Below, one piece after another: positions 1 to 10,772 of a stretch of DNA of 64,000 nucleotides. The translations under genes were made by a program, and so were the position numbers. A model generated the notes under the pieces. The model saw only the letters and a program-made list of their open reading frames with translations. It was not told the DNA's origin and ran no database searches. The number at the start of each line of letters is the position of its first letter. Position 1 is the first letter of the stretch. Origin of the DNA: a virus; the IMG/VR virus record IMGVR_UViG_2582581260_000003; one strand, 5' to 3'.

Positions 1-2118
1 TTTATCTTTTCCCATCTTTCACTTATTTTTCTACTAAAATCAAAATCATAGTAACTTAGATTTCTGACAATATCTTTAAGTACTTTAACCTCCAAGTCGC
101 TATCTGATCTAATTAAACCCTCAAATATAGCAATTGTTTCCTCCGGATATTCTCCAATACACCAGTCAAAGAAATCGTGAATATATAGGTCTCTATAACT
201 CAAATATCCCAGAAAGAACAAGACATTTTTATTAAATGATTTAATATAATAATCTTTGAATTTTTCAATTAACTTATCTATATAAATACTTTCTCTACTA
301 TCATAATAATATCTTTCTTCATAGCTCGATTTAAAAATATCAAAAATATAATTTCTAAAATCACTATCACAAATTCCCTCAAGGATTGTCACTAGAAGCC
401 GAATATTCAATTTCGTGTATATTGATGTATTATATCGTTTTATAAGGCTGGAGTACGTCCTTAATACCCAATAATGATATTTTTTATAACTTTCGATATT
501 AGTCAGAAATCTTACAATAACTTCAACATCTTTCTCTTGTATATGCTCCTCACTAACCGAAAAGATATTATCAAGAAATATGCTGGGAAACCATTCTTGT
601 TCTTCTATCAATTGTGTAAATATTTCATTTTGAAACTTCTTACTTGCAAAAAATAAGTATTTTTGGATTCCTTCAGACGCTTCTAAATTTGGAGAAGTTA
701 ACTCAGTTATTAATGTCTTATAATCATCTAAATTGTCTTCATTGAAACTTTCCATAATTTTTTTTGCAATACAAAAATCCCTAAACTCATCAAAAGTGAA
801 GTTTATTACTTCAAGATTGGATTCTACTAATCCTTTCTTTTTTATAATATCTTCCCTAAAAATTATATCTTCATCAATCAATTTCACAAGTAAATCATTC
901 TGAATTTCACCTACTATAACAGAACGTTCAATGTTACTAAACTGCATATACTTTATCATATAGTTTGTTACTGTATCTACGAGATTGTCATATGTTGACT
1001 CTGAATCAAGTACCCCTTGCAAGCAATCCCATTCTTTAAGATTTTCTTTTTTATAATTATAATATCTCTCAAAAATTTCATACCTAAATAAATGCAATAA
1101 AGATGGAATAATTGTTTTTACTTCTTTTGTTCCCTGATATGCCTCTGAAAACATTCTCAATAAAAGAAAATCTGTAGACAACTGTTCATATATAGAATCT
1201 TCAATATCATCAATTTTAATATTGAAATGCTCCATATAGCCATCAAATACACGTACATTGAGTTTCCGATGTTGTGATTTCCAATTGTAGGAATTAAATA
1301 TCTTTAGTTGTGGACAATTTTCCAGTATATCACCAAATTTTTCCTCAAAATATTCGGTTCTTGATGTCATTAAAACCCTAATATGCTTATATACTTTAAC
1401 TTTATTTAAAAAGTCATATAAAACAACCTTGCTATTAATTACATCTTTTTGTTCATTTATACCATCTAGAACAATTACAAACGGTAATTGTCTTCTTTCT
1501 GAAATATAACTAATTACTTCAAATAAATCATCAATCGAAAAGTTATATGAAAAATATCCTAACATAGTAGCATTAATATTGTTATTTATTAGACTTCTAG
1601 CAGAAATAAATAGGCATGGAACATTTTTTCTAAGTAATACATTTTCGGTAAAATCACATAACAAATTTGTCTTTCCTTGTCCTGCTTTTTCTGTTAATAA
1701 AACTTGTGAGTTTCTAAGTGATTCAAATAACATTATTCTATCTTTTACTTCCCGCGATAGACTAGATAGTCTATGTGCATAATAAGATATATCAAATAAA
1801 TCCAGGTGTTTCTCTGGCACACTTTTACGAATTTCAGATGAATCCCGAAGTTTGGTTACATAGTCTAATATGTCATTTAATTGATTTATTATATTATCAG
1901 CAATTCTATCAACATTATTTAAATTTACCTCTGATTCACACTTAATATTTCCAATTCTCTGGATCCCATAACCATCTAATAATTGATTATATTGTTCAAA
2001 GTTATGTCTTTTAACATAATCTAAATGTTTTTCAAAAAATAATACTGGGTCACTAAAGCCTCTTAGATACTCCTTCATATCCCCAAGTTCAACGAATATT
2101 TCAGGGATATATTTCCCA
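1..2118 (-). CDS. STAND/NACHT-type NTPase portion of a protease-STAND (Avs1b-like) protein; runs off the window start and is out of frame with the upstream protease portion
   Basis: Manual translation (absent from the ORF track because no stop lies inside the window): ...GKYIPEIFVELGDMKEY..., Walker A TEKAGQGKT (~1668-1694), Walker B FVIVLDGINE (~1452-1481), still open at position 1 (...SRKISERWEKI). Confidence 0.8.
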
Positions 2119-2824
2119 TTTTTTTGTTTTGATTAATTTCATTCTCTGACTTATCTCTAAATACTTCTAAAATCTCAGAAATAAAGCTGTCTGTATCTAG
2201 CAAATCTTTAGAAAGTTTCTTAGCGAATGTGTTAACATTTAATACTTTAATACTTTGAGCAGCATTCAATCCTACTGATTGCTCTATTGCTATTCCTATT
2301 AATTGTCCGTTACAGACAACTGGAGACCCAGAATATCCACGATAATCTTGCAATTTACCTTCCCCTAATGATACATCAATGAAATACTGATCACACAAGC
2401 CAATTTTCTCATCCAAAATAATTCCACTCTGATAGTGGCCTTCTGGTTTAGTGTTTGGGAATCCATAAGCAGAATATAAGAATCCTCGTTTTCTAAAAGA
2501 ATTTGGTACCATTTTCACAAATTCAACATCATCACATAATATTTCCTCATCAATTTTAAGAATATTAAAGTCACATTTTGGATTGCGATGTAAAGCTTGT
2601 GCATTTAATGATATAATTTGCCCAGATTGGTTGTATAATACTTTCACTGAGCATTCTGGTTCAAATGCATCAGATACTACATGATTTGCAGTGATGATAT
2701 GCTCCGTGTCTAAGAAAAAACCTGTCCCATATTTAAATACTTCTCCACGTTCATCAATCATACACACTCGTACAACTAATTTCTTCAATTTATCAATAGC
2801 TTGACTATTATTTTTATAACTCAA
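2075..2824 (-). CDS. Trypsin-like serine protease domain (N-terminus of an Avs1b-like protease-STAND protein, truncated by frameshift)
   Basis: GTGFF...ITANHVV (His), CDFNIL (Asp), GYSGSPV (Ser). Start overlaps the MBL gene stop. Frame closes just after the A7 run at 2119-2125. Confidence 0.85.
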   Translation of the reverse strand: MSYKNNSQAIDKLKKLVVRVCMIDERGEVFKYGTGFFLDTEHIITANHVVSDAFEPECSVKVLYNQSGQIISLNAQALHRNPKCDFNILKIDEEILCDDVEFVKMVPNSFRKRGFLYSAYGFPNTKPEGHYQSGIILDEKIGLCDQYFIDVSLGEGKLQDYRGYSGSPVVCNGQLIGIAIEQSVGLNAAQSIKVLNVNTFAKKLSKDLLDTDSFISEILEVFRDKSENEINQNKKMGNISLKYSLNLGI

Positions 2825-4001
2825 TTTCTATCCCCCAATCTCTATTAGGTCTCATTATCGAATAGTTATATTTTTTCTTCAACTTATCATCATTAATTTT
2901 GCTTATAATTTCCAAGTCGTTATTAAAGCATAGAATTTTCTTATCTAGAGGACTACTTAGTATAATGTTAATTATGGCTTCTATATCTGGGTGATTATGC
3001 TTACTGGCATCTGTAGATATTAAATAGTATTTGGAACGTACTAATTGTAACCACTTATAATTATTCTTCTTTGACCCATGATGCGATAGTTTTACTAGGT
3101 CAAAATCTGTATTTAATCCATTTTGTTTTTGTTCCGTAAGAACTTCAACCAAATCACAATCATGAGCATCACCTGTCAATAATATCCTACAATTCTTACT
3201 TTCAATAATAGTAACAATTGATGAAGCATTACTAACACTAGTATCGTTTTGACTTTCTACCATATGTCCTTTATCAAGCAATGCATTAAATCTATCTCTA
3301 ATATCTACTGATATAGGAGTGCTGCCATCTACTTCTGTTTCATTTAGTAAATAGAACTCAAAGGCATCGTCAAAAATTTCATTTTCTGCAAACTCAAAAT
3401 TATATTTTAGCTTACGTAGCTCGCTTCTCCAATAACGTTTAAGTTTGTTCAATATGTATTCACTCGGTGATAAAGCCTTTATAATTACGTCACCTATAAC
3501 CGCTTCAGCTCCTTCGATAATTGGACTATATGAAAAGTTTTTATTCCATTCAACGCCAGATTTTAATATTAAACCCGCTAGTGTAGAACCTTGCAATGCA
3601 CTTATTTCTGCTCCAGTAATCAAGGAGTTATGTTTTGATAATCGACTTAAAAATGTATTTATTATATTATAGTCCTCATCGCTAGCTTTAGCTCTGGTGG
3701 ACATAGAAAGATGTCTATATGAATTATGCCATATTTGTTTTAAAGTACTCTTTCTATATCTTCCATTATGAATATCTTTGAGAAAAGTTATAGCACCGGA
3801 AATATGATCATGGTCAATATGTGTGATTACCAATAGATCTAAATTCTCACCTGCCTTTTCAATTTCTATAATTTTATTTGAAATATATTCCTTATATGTA
3901 TCAGAATATCCCATATCCACAATAATATTTGTACCACCATTACTTCTTATATATGTAGAATCACCATTCTTGGCATTAAAACCCATTATTTTCATATACA
4001 C
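2814..4001 (-). CDS. MBL-fold metallo-hydrolase (ComEC/Avs1a-like)
   Basis: GDS...IIVDMG, THIDHDHISG (HxDxDH), LLTGDA, KLSHHGS and HNHP motifs. Lies directly upstream of the protease-STAND gene. Confidence 0.9.
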   Translation of the reverse strand: MYMKIMGFNAKNGDSTYIRSNGGTNIIVDMGYSDTYKEYISNKIIEIEKAGENLDLLVITHIDHDHISGAITFLKDIHNGRYRKSTLKQIWHNSYRHLSMSTRAKASDEDYNIINTFLSRLSKHNSLITGAEISALQGSTLAGLILKSGVEWNKNFSYSPIIEGAEAVIGDVIIKALSPSEYILNKLKRYWRSELRKLKYNFEFAENEIFDDAFEFYLLNETEVDGSTPISVDIRDRFNALLDKGHMVESQNDTSVSNASSIVTIIESKNCRILLTGDAHDCDLVEVLTEQKQNGLNTDFDLVKLSHHGSKKNNYKWLQLVRSKYYLISTDASKHNHPDIEAIINIILSSPLDKKILCFNNDLEIISKINDDKLKKKYNYSIMRPNRDWGIEIEL

Positions 4002-4391
4002 CTCACATTATAATAAATTCACATATTTAACATACATCATTTTCATAAAATGTTTATATAAAATAAAAAATATAGTTCTCTACCTAATATTATTAAGAAA
4101 ATTAGCTAATATCATAAGTCATAATCTATGGAATAATCAAAGTCAAACTTTATAATTTTAGTGTCTATATCACAAAACGAAGTTTTAATCCAAAGAAGCA
4201 TTTTTATGTTAGTACCAATTTAGCTCCTAACCTGGAAAGGCAACCCTTTCGTATAAGCGCACACTGTTATAGTAAAATATAATCAACAGGTGGTTGCACT
4301 TAACAATATTATGATATAATTGTTTATTTAGGAAATATTCAACAATTTATATTTAGTCACAACACTTTTTAAAATTGTTTAATCTTTGTCT

Positions 4392-5519
4392 TTAATTACC
4401 CCACTTATATTTACTTTTGTCTTCTGAAGCTTCTCTTGATAATTCTAACAATGATTTCTTTGTAGTTTTTTCAATGTATTCAATTACTTCTGCATCAGTT
4501 AAACCTTGCTCTGTAAGAAATTTTATATTGTCATCTTCTAGTCCTAGGTTTTTAAATACATCATAATGGGCATTTAGAATATCTTCTTCTGTAAAGCTAT
4601 TGAAATTCAGATTTTTTAAATATAAAGGTTTATCTTCTTGCTCTTCCCCTTTTTCTATATCAATACATCCTGTAACTTCGGCATAGATTTTAGGAATTTT
4701 AAATCTTTTAGCAATACACACCCTATGCTTACCTTCAACAGGAAAATAATATCCTTTATATTCTGTTAGCTCAATATTATCATGCATTCCTTCCGAAGTA
4801 CTATAGGTGCCATTACGAAACTTTTCAAGTATATAACTACAAGTATCATAATTAGAACATAATTCTAAAATTTCTTCATTATAACTAGAAGCCTCTAACA
4901 TAGTATTAACATCAAAAGCCTTATAATCTTCTTTAAATGTATTCATTAGGTTTAATGTCTGGAATATATTCCAGACTATACATCGATTAGCTCCTCCCCC
5001 CATAGCTGGAGGATAAAATATTTTTTCTGTATCAACATACATACCTAATGGTTCTGATACATTATAATTACTTTCACTTCTATCTTTATTTGTTTTTTCA
5101 TATAAACTATCATCTTTATTCTTGTATATTAAATTAGTATCATTAAATATCCCTTCTGATACTTCTATATTATCTCTTTTGTTTTTTATTTCTAAAATTA
5201 TTTCTATATCTTGATTATTATACCTATAATTATTAATTAACATCGTTAATAGAAAGGGGAACTTCTTAACAAAATTACTTGAATTCATATATTTATTATA
5301 ATATCTTTCTTGAAGATCATCATCCCATCTTTTTTTAATAGTGCAATATATTGATGGTAATAATTCAAAAGGCTCATTTAATTCATTTTTATCTCCTTGC
5401 AATCCCCTTGTACTAACATAGGTAAAATCTGAATTATTAAATTTAATTGTAAATACTGGCTGTTCTTTTTGTGTACCTTTAAATGTAATTATATTTCCTT
5501 TTATTGAATTTTCACTCAT
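4392..5519 (-). CDS. Hypothetical protein with a possible ParB/Srx-like motif near the C-terminus
   Basis: 375-aa ORF with a GGGGG RBS. PVEGKHRVCIAKRFKIPKIYAEV resembles the ParB dGxHR motif. Confidence 0.55.
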   Translation of the reverse strand: MSENSIKGNIITFKGTQKEQPVFTIKFNNSDFTYVSTRGLQGDKNELNEPFELLPSIYCTIKKRWDDDLQERYYNKYMNSSNFVKKFPFLLTMLINNYRYNNQDIEIILEIKNKRDNIEVSEGIFNDTNLIYKNKDDSLYEKTNKDRSESNYNVSEPLGMYVDTEKIFYPPAMGGGANRCIVWNIFQTLNLMNTFKEDYKAFDVNTMLEASSYNEEILELCSNYDTCSYILEKFRNGTYSTSEGMHDNIELTEYKGYYFPVEGKHRVCIAKRFKIPKIYAEVTGCIDIEKGEEQEDKPLYLKNLNFNSFTEEDILNAHYDVFKNLGLEDDNIKFLTEQGLTDAEVIEYIEKTTKKSLLELSREASEDKSKYKWGN

Positions 5520-5550
5520 TCAATCATCCCCCTAGTATAAAAGTTTTCAC

Positions 5551-6246
5551 CTATAGTAGTTCCTTGATTTTCTTGAAGATTATAACTAAATAATCATATC
5601 CTTGAATAATTCCAATTATTGAACTAATAAATCCAATCAAAGTTATTAGCATTGTAATTATTTTTACTAACAAATTATTAGTTATTTTATTATAGGTCTT
5701 ATAATTTATTAATCCTGACCAATGAAGGAAAGATATAGGTAGTAAAACTATAAACCTCATTCCTTCTCTAAACCATACTAACGGATTTTTCATTTCGGAA
5801 ATCAAATCTTGTTCCAGGTCTTCCAATGCTCCAATGTATAGTATTATACAATCATCTATCATCCTAACCATTTCTTCTAAGTTTCTATATGTCAAACTAC
5901 TGCCAAACTCATCTAGCATTGAATATTCTTTTCTTATCTCTGATAAACCATTAACTATAATTTGATGATTTTTATAAATGACATTAGAAAATGGTGGCTG
6001 ATATATACTTGCAATTCCATAAGAACCCATTATAGTTTGCATTCTAGAACATTTTAGTCTAAGCCATTGGTATAACTCCTCATTCAGATTTCTTTGAAAT
6101 AATCCAGTCCCAAATTCTCTATACTTATTAATAAATTCAATAGAAAAATTTTTCTTAACCATTAAATTTTTATAACTAAATACTATCTCTCCAAAACCAA
6201 TAATTGAAATTCCTAAAACAATTAACACAATAGTCCATCTTTCCAT
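5551..6246 (-). CDS. Hypothetical membrane protein (N- and C-terminal TM helices)
   Basis: 231-aa ORF with hydrophobic segments at residues ~5-24, ~163-180 and ~192-215. Confidence 0.7.
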   Translation of the reverse strand: MERWTIVLIVLGISIIGFGEIVFSYKNLMVKKNFSIEFINKYREFGTGLFQRNLNEELYQWLRLKCSRMQTIMGSYGIASIYQPPFSNVIYKNHQIIVNGLSEIRKEYSMLDEFGSSLTYRNLEEMVRMIDDCIILYIGALEDLEQDLISEMKNPLVWFREGMRFIVLLPISFLHWSGLINYKTYNKITNNLLVKIITMLITLIGFISSIIGIIQGYDYLVIIFKKIKELL

Positions 6247-6681
6247 TTTCTCACCCTAATTTTGTCTTTCCGAAATTTAACTCTTCTCTCAACTTTTTTA
6301 TATTTAATTCCTTTATATAATACAATTGTATTTATTATATCATCATCTGAAATTTCTCATCAGGTAATTTAATACATAAATCATTTTCTGCTTTAATGAA
6401 ACAATAAAGATATTTTTGTATCCTAATATTTTTTAACTTTCATGCTATTTAAATTTAACATCAAACAGATTATTTTCTTATACACTCAGCCTAATTATAC
6501 ATCTTTTATCAAGATATTTCCATAATCATCTAAGATGGAACTGGATTTTGGATATCTACACTGACACCTTCAGTTCATCACTTCAAACTTTTTCAGGTTT
6601 AACAAAGGAATATATATTTTCCCATTTCTATTCTGAACATGAAATAGGATGTCCACTTCTGAACATCCTATAATCCACAAT

Positions 6682-6924
6682 CTATATTTGAACTTTTAAG
6701 GCATTCTTATATTCTTCATAGTGTTCTCCTGTAACATACTCAATTACATATTCTTTGGGTATCATATAAGTATCTCTTATATAAAAGTGCTTAACTCTCC
6801 CTGCTCTCATAAGCTTCCTTGCGGTACCATCTCCAATACCACCTAGCATTTCTCTAAATTGTTCAAGAGTTACGACATCAGGATACTCTTTAAACCTTTC
6901 ACGATAATATTGTTTATCTCTCAT
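6682..6924 (-). CDS. Excisionase-like HTH protein (HTH_17 type)
   Basis: YPDVVTLEQFREMLGGIGDGTARKLMRAGRVKHFYIRDTYMIPKEYV pattern; AAGGAG RBS. Confidence 0.8.
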   Translation of the reverse strand: MRDKQYYRERFKEYPDVVTLEQFREMLGGIGDGTARKLMRAGRVKHFYIRDTYMIPKEYVIEYVTGEHYEEYKNALKVQI

Positions 6925-7209
6925 TTTAAGTCAGCTCCTTATAATCATATTGTCAGTGATAGATGCTGACTGCGTAATCTAAAATTTACTATGCCTCAAT
7001 TTGCAATAGATAATGACAATCCCTCCATATCCCTCCTAATACCCCTCCAATGAGATTTTTCCTTGCCAAATCATATATTCTTCTATGTCTTGTAATTATA
7101 ATAAAATATCCTTATCACGCTTAAACTTGCTTGATTTCATGCGGGTTTTACGAGTTCTAAGTTCCAATCCATTCCACTAGATTCCAAATACTTCGGAATG
7201 AACTGTAAA

Positions 7210-7265
7210 ACTCAAAATCCATCTGTGGTAACACCGTGCCGGTTCGAACCCGATCATCGACACCA
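7210..7265 (+). pseudogene. Degenerate 3' fragment of tRNA-Leu(CAA), probable att-site remnant
   Basis: CTCAAAATCC anticodon loop, long variable arm GTGGTAACAC, T-arm GCCGGTTCGAACCCGA and a CACCA end. No 5' half or D-arm; stem mismatches. Confidence 0.7.
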
Positions 7266-7698
7266 CTTATAGGAACTCTTTAGTTCATACTATAGGGTTT
7301 CTATTTTTTATTGCATGTATTATCTTGTGCTTTGAAATTAAGGCAAGTGTTACCATAAGTATGCCCTCCTTCACAGCATTAAAAAGAGTTTTTATATGGC
7401 AATAATTTTTGCATTCAAATTTCTTCCTCCTTTCAATTTTGGGTACAGAAAAACCACTTACTTTATTTTCCAATAAAGAAAACGGCCTTTTCTATTTATA
7501 TTTAATTTAATTTTACTTAGCATTACATGGTATAAATATTGCTGAATATCTTGATTTAATCATGTATCAACATATCTACACACTCCATATCTAAAACTAC
7601 TGATACTTCAATTTTATTTTTCAATTCCTTATTTCTAAAATCATCACCATCTTTAGTAAAAGTAACATAGTTCGTAAAGTGTTGGAAATTAAGGATTT

Positions 7699-7790
7699 CT
7701 ACGTATCTATCCTTTGCATTCCTATTACGCATTCCACGTGCCTTGAGTGGTCAATAATGATGTCGCAGGAAGCCGGTATCCCCTTGGTGG
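7699..7790 (-). repeat. attR-like junction 1: ~50-bp arm plus rlmD/rumA 3' tail HVECVIGMQRIDT*
   Basis: 7699-7740 translates HVECVIGMQRIDT*. Arm on + strand: CCTTGAGTGGTCAATAATGATGTC...CCCCTTGGTGG. Confidence 0.85.
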
Positions 7791-8275
7791 TAAATTTTCA
7801 TCTATGTTTTATTTCTTATAATTCTAGTTTTCGGATCACTTATCTTTCTCTATTTATAAGGTTATAATGAATATGGAAAAAACCTACACTTAAGACTATA
7901 GGGTATAAAGTTTAATAGTCTGGCTATATTAAATTTTCATATTTTCTTTTTCCATAAATTATAGCAGATATAATAACTATCTTATATTCATCATTCACTT
8001 TATAAAACACAAGATATCTATCTAAAATTAATACTCTATACCCTTGCTTTTTTAAAATAGCTTATCTTGACACTCTTCTTGAATTAAGAAAATCCTGTAA
8101 ACAATTTATAACTTCTTCCATCTTATGCAAATATCTAAGATCAATATCAATGCTTCCTAATTCATCTGCAATATAATATATCTCTTAGCTATGCTTATAA
8201 ACATAGGAGATAATAACACTGTTACACATCCACTAGAAATATATAAAATACCAGTAATGGTATAACTATAAACAT

Positions 8276-10651
8276 TTAGTCTAATTTATCTAGCTCTTCC
8301 AACCATTTATCCATTTTCTGTGAACAAATCTCTAATATTTTTTCTTTGTTCTTCTCATCACTTCCATCAAAACAATTTGACCATTTTGCTGTTAAGCTGT
8401 CGTATTTATTAACTTCTTCTTTAATTTCATATATTTTTGTAATTCCTTCTTCAGCAATAAACATTTTGAATTCATTCATCCTATTAGGCTTATGGGAGTG
8501 CAATCCAATATATCCGACATAAGGAAAAAGTACAATTTCTTCAAAATCATTTCCTGTAACAATTATCCCATTTTGTAATGGTTTTTCATAGGATTTTGCA
8601 TTTGTCTTATCATTATATGGATAAAACAAAATAATTCCTATTACATTTTCACGTTTAACAACTCTCTTTGCATCATCAATGCCATAGCTTGGATTATAAA
8701 GTTCTTTTCTGGCATATCTCCATTCTTTTCTACCTATATACTTCTCTGAACTTGATTTATAGATTTGAAGAAGCGATTTAACAAAGTCTTCATCAGACAA
8801 TTTGTTTTCTTCAAGAAGTTTAGTAAATTCATTTTTTAAATAATTGTTATTAATATGAGTCTTTTCCCCATCCACAAATTTATAATTTTGAATATCTAAA
8901 AAGTATTTCTCATTGCTACTTGAATAAAAGTTCATCTTCGAAGCAAAATCAGTTAAAAAGTCATGAATTTTATTCTGGTACTTTAAATGAAAACTAATGT
9001 CACATTCGTAATCAGAAAAATCTAAGAATCTATAACAAATCTCTAAATTCTGTTCTTCAAACAATTCTTTTAGTCTATTAAAATTAAATATGATTTGTAG
9101 AGATTTAATCTTGTTTCTATTTAAAAAGTAATTTACAAATTCATCATATTCATCAATACTTATTTTCTCTACATGGTCTAAGAGCTCAATTAGTTCCCAA
9201 TAAAAGTTTAGAAAAATTTCTTTATGATCACTTTTTAAATTTTTATAAAAATTTGAATTCATGAAAGAGTAAAAAACAAAGCCTTTCGGAAAACTATGTG
9301 AGTCGCTTGTTTGTTTGTTAATAATAAGTCCTCTATTATTCATTTTAATACTATAATATAAATCTAAAATCTCAAAAAAGTTATTACCAAAATGTATTTC
9401 CTTACTTCTACTTCTTGCAATAAAATCAATAATATTTAGACTTCTTACAAGAATCATTTGATCTTTATGAATATAATCAGAATTATCTTCAATAAAAATT
9501 CCTGAGTAAATATCTGTAATTAATAGTGTTGTAATATTACAATCTAAAAACAAACGTTTATTTTGATTTATAAGTTCAATTACTTCATTCATAGGATACT
9601 TATCTAATTCATCTATAATAATAGAAATATTAAAGGTATCTGACATGCTTTTTAACAATCTCATTAGCTGTTTTTCTTTTATTTCCTCTGTAACTATTCC
9701 TTTTACTTCCTCGGATGTTGAAAACTTATCATTTAAACTATCCGATGATTCTAATCCAATTTTAGCAGTTAAAAAATGTAATTTTGCCTCCAAATCTATA
9801 GAACTATCTGCAGAAATACTTGATGTGGTTTCATTAATGTAACGAGTAATATTAGTTATTTCTAAATCAAACTGTTTCAATTGTTCCATGGTAAGCTTGA
9901 AAAACTTATTTAATTCTAACATGTTTTCATTTAAGACATCTAGTTTATTTACCTTTTTTTCTATATTTAATATCTGCTTTTCTAGTTCTTTTAATTCCAA
10001 ACATTTTTTAGGTTTTATTCCGATTTTATTTATAATTCTTTCTTTTATTGTTTCTTGCTTACAGTGATAATTTTTATAATCTTTAATATGATTTTCAAGT
10101 TTATAAATTTCATTAAGTAAATGATTGAATATATTATTTTCAAAACTAATATGTTGTGGCAAGTCTCTTAGGGACTCTTTTATTCTTATACATAGCTTTT
10201 TTATATTGGATATCTTTGAACTCATAAATCTATAATTCTGTAAATAATTATTCTGAGATTCTTCTACCTGCATTTCCTCATCTTGGTTAAAAACATCTAA
10301 AGGAAATAATTGTGATTTTGGTAAAATAATATTTTCTATATCCTTTTTTATTCGATCTATCTCCGTCTGTATTCCTATAGGCAATTGAATTAAGATTTCT
10401 CTCAGTAAATCTTTATTACTATTATAAAAAGGTATGTTTATAATTACACATGGTTTTTTGGTCCTAATATTTTCAATAGCATAATTTTTTAAACTTGATT
10501 TTCCAACCCCGTGGTTTCCATAGAGGACAAATATTCCTTTTTCTCGGCTAAATATATTCTCTAGCCTGGAGATAACTTTACGCTCAAAAGGTAATATTGT
10601 GAAATAATCCCTATGATTCTTATTATAGGGAGCTACATATTTTTTTATCAT
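8276..10651 (-). CDS. KAP-family-like P-loop NTPase with coiled-coil insert
   Basis: Walker A GNHGVGKSS and Walker B ISIIIDELDK, separated by a ~290-aa helical/coiled-coil insert. Confidence 0.7.
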   Translation of the reverse strand: MIKKYVAPYNKNHRDYFTILPFERKVISRLENIFSREKGIFVLYGNHGVGKSSLKNYAIENIRTKKPCVIINIPFYNSNKDLLREILIQLPIGIQTEIDRIKKDIENIILPKSQLFPLDVFNQDEEMQVEESQNNYLQNYRFMSSKISNIKKLCIRIKESLRDLPQHISFENNIFNHLLNEIYKLENHIKDYKNYHCKQETIKERIINKIGIKPKKCLELKELEKQILNIEKKVNKLDVLNENMLELNKFFKLTMEQLKQFDLEITNITRYINETTSSISADSSIDLEAKLHFLTAKIGLESSDSLNDKFSTSEEVKGIVTEEIKEKQLMRLLKSMSDTFNISIIIDELDKYPMNEVIELINQNKRLFLDCNITTLLITDIYSGIFIEDNSDYIHKDQMILVRSLNIIDFIARSRSKEIHFGNNFFEILDLYYSIKMNNRGLIINKQTSDSHSFPKGFVFYSFMNSNFYKNLKSDHKEIFLNFYWELIELLDHVEKISIDEYDEFVNYFLNRNKIKSLQIIFNFNRLKELFEEQNLEICYRFLDFSDYECDISFHLKYQNKIHDFLTDFASKMNFYSSSNEKYFLDIQNYKFVDGEKTHINNNYLKNEFTKLLEENKLSDEDFVKSLLQIYKSSSEKYIGRKEWRYARKELYNPSYGIDDAKRVVKRENVIGIILFYPYNDKTNAKSYEKPLQNGIIVTGNDFEEIVLFPYVGYIGLHSHKPNRMNEFKMFIAEEGITKIYEIKEEVNKYDSLTAKWSNCFDGSDEKNKEKILEICSQKMDKWLEELDKLD

Positions 10652-10772
10652 TCAAAGGCACCTCTTTCTTTATAAAATATATATTGAATATATTGAATTT
10701 TCAAACGTTGTATTTGTCAATTGAAATTTAGGCCATATTATAATCGAAAACCAGGCCACTAATTATAAAAAA

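Noticed and set aside
4200..4310. Possible att or tail sequence (QCALIRK) upstream of the MBL gene
   Set aside because: Lacks the Glu and the conserved arm; similarity is too weak.
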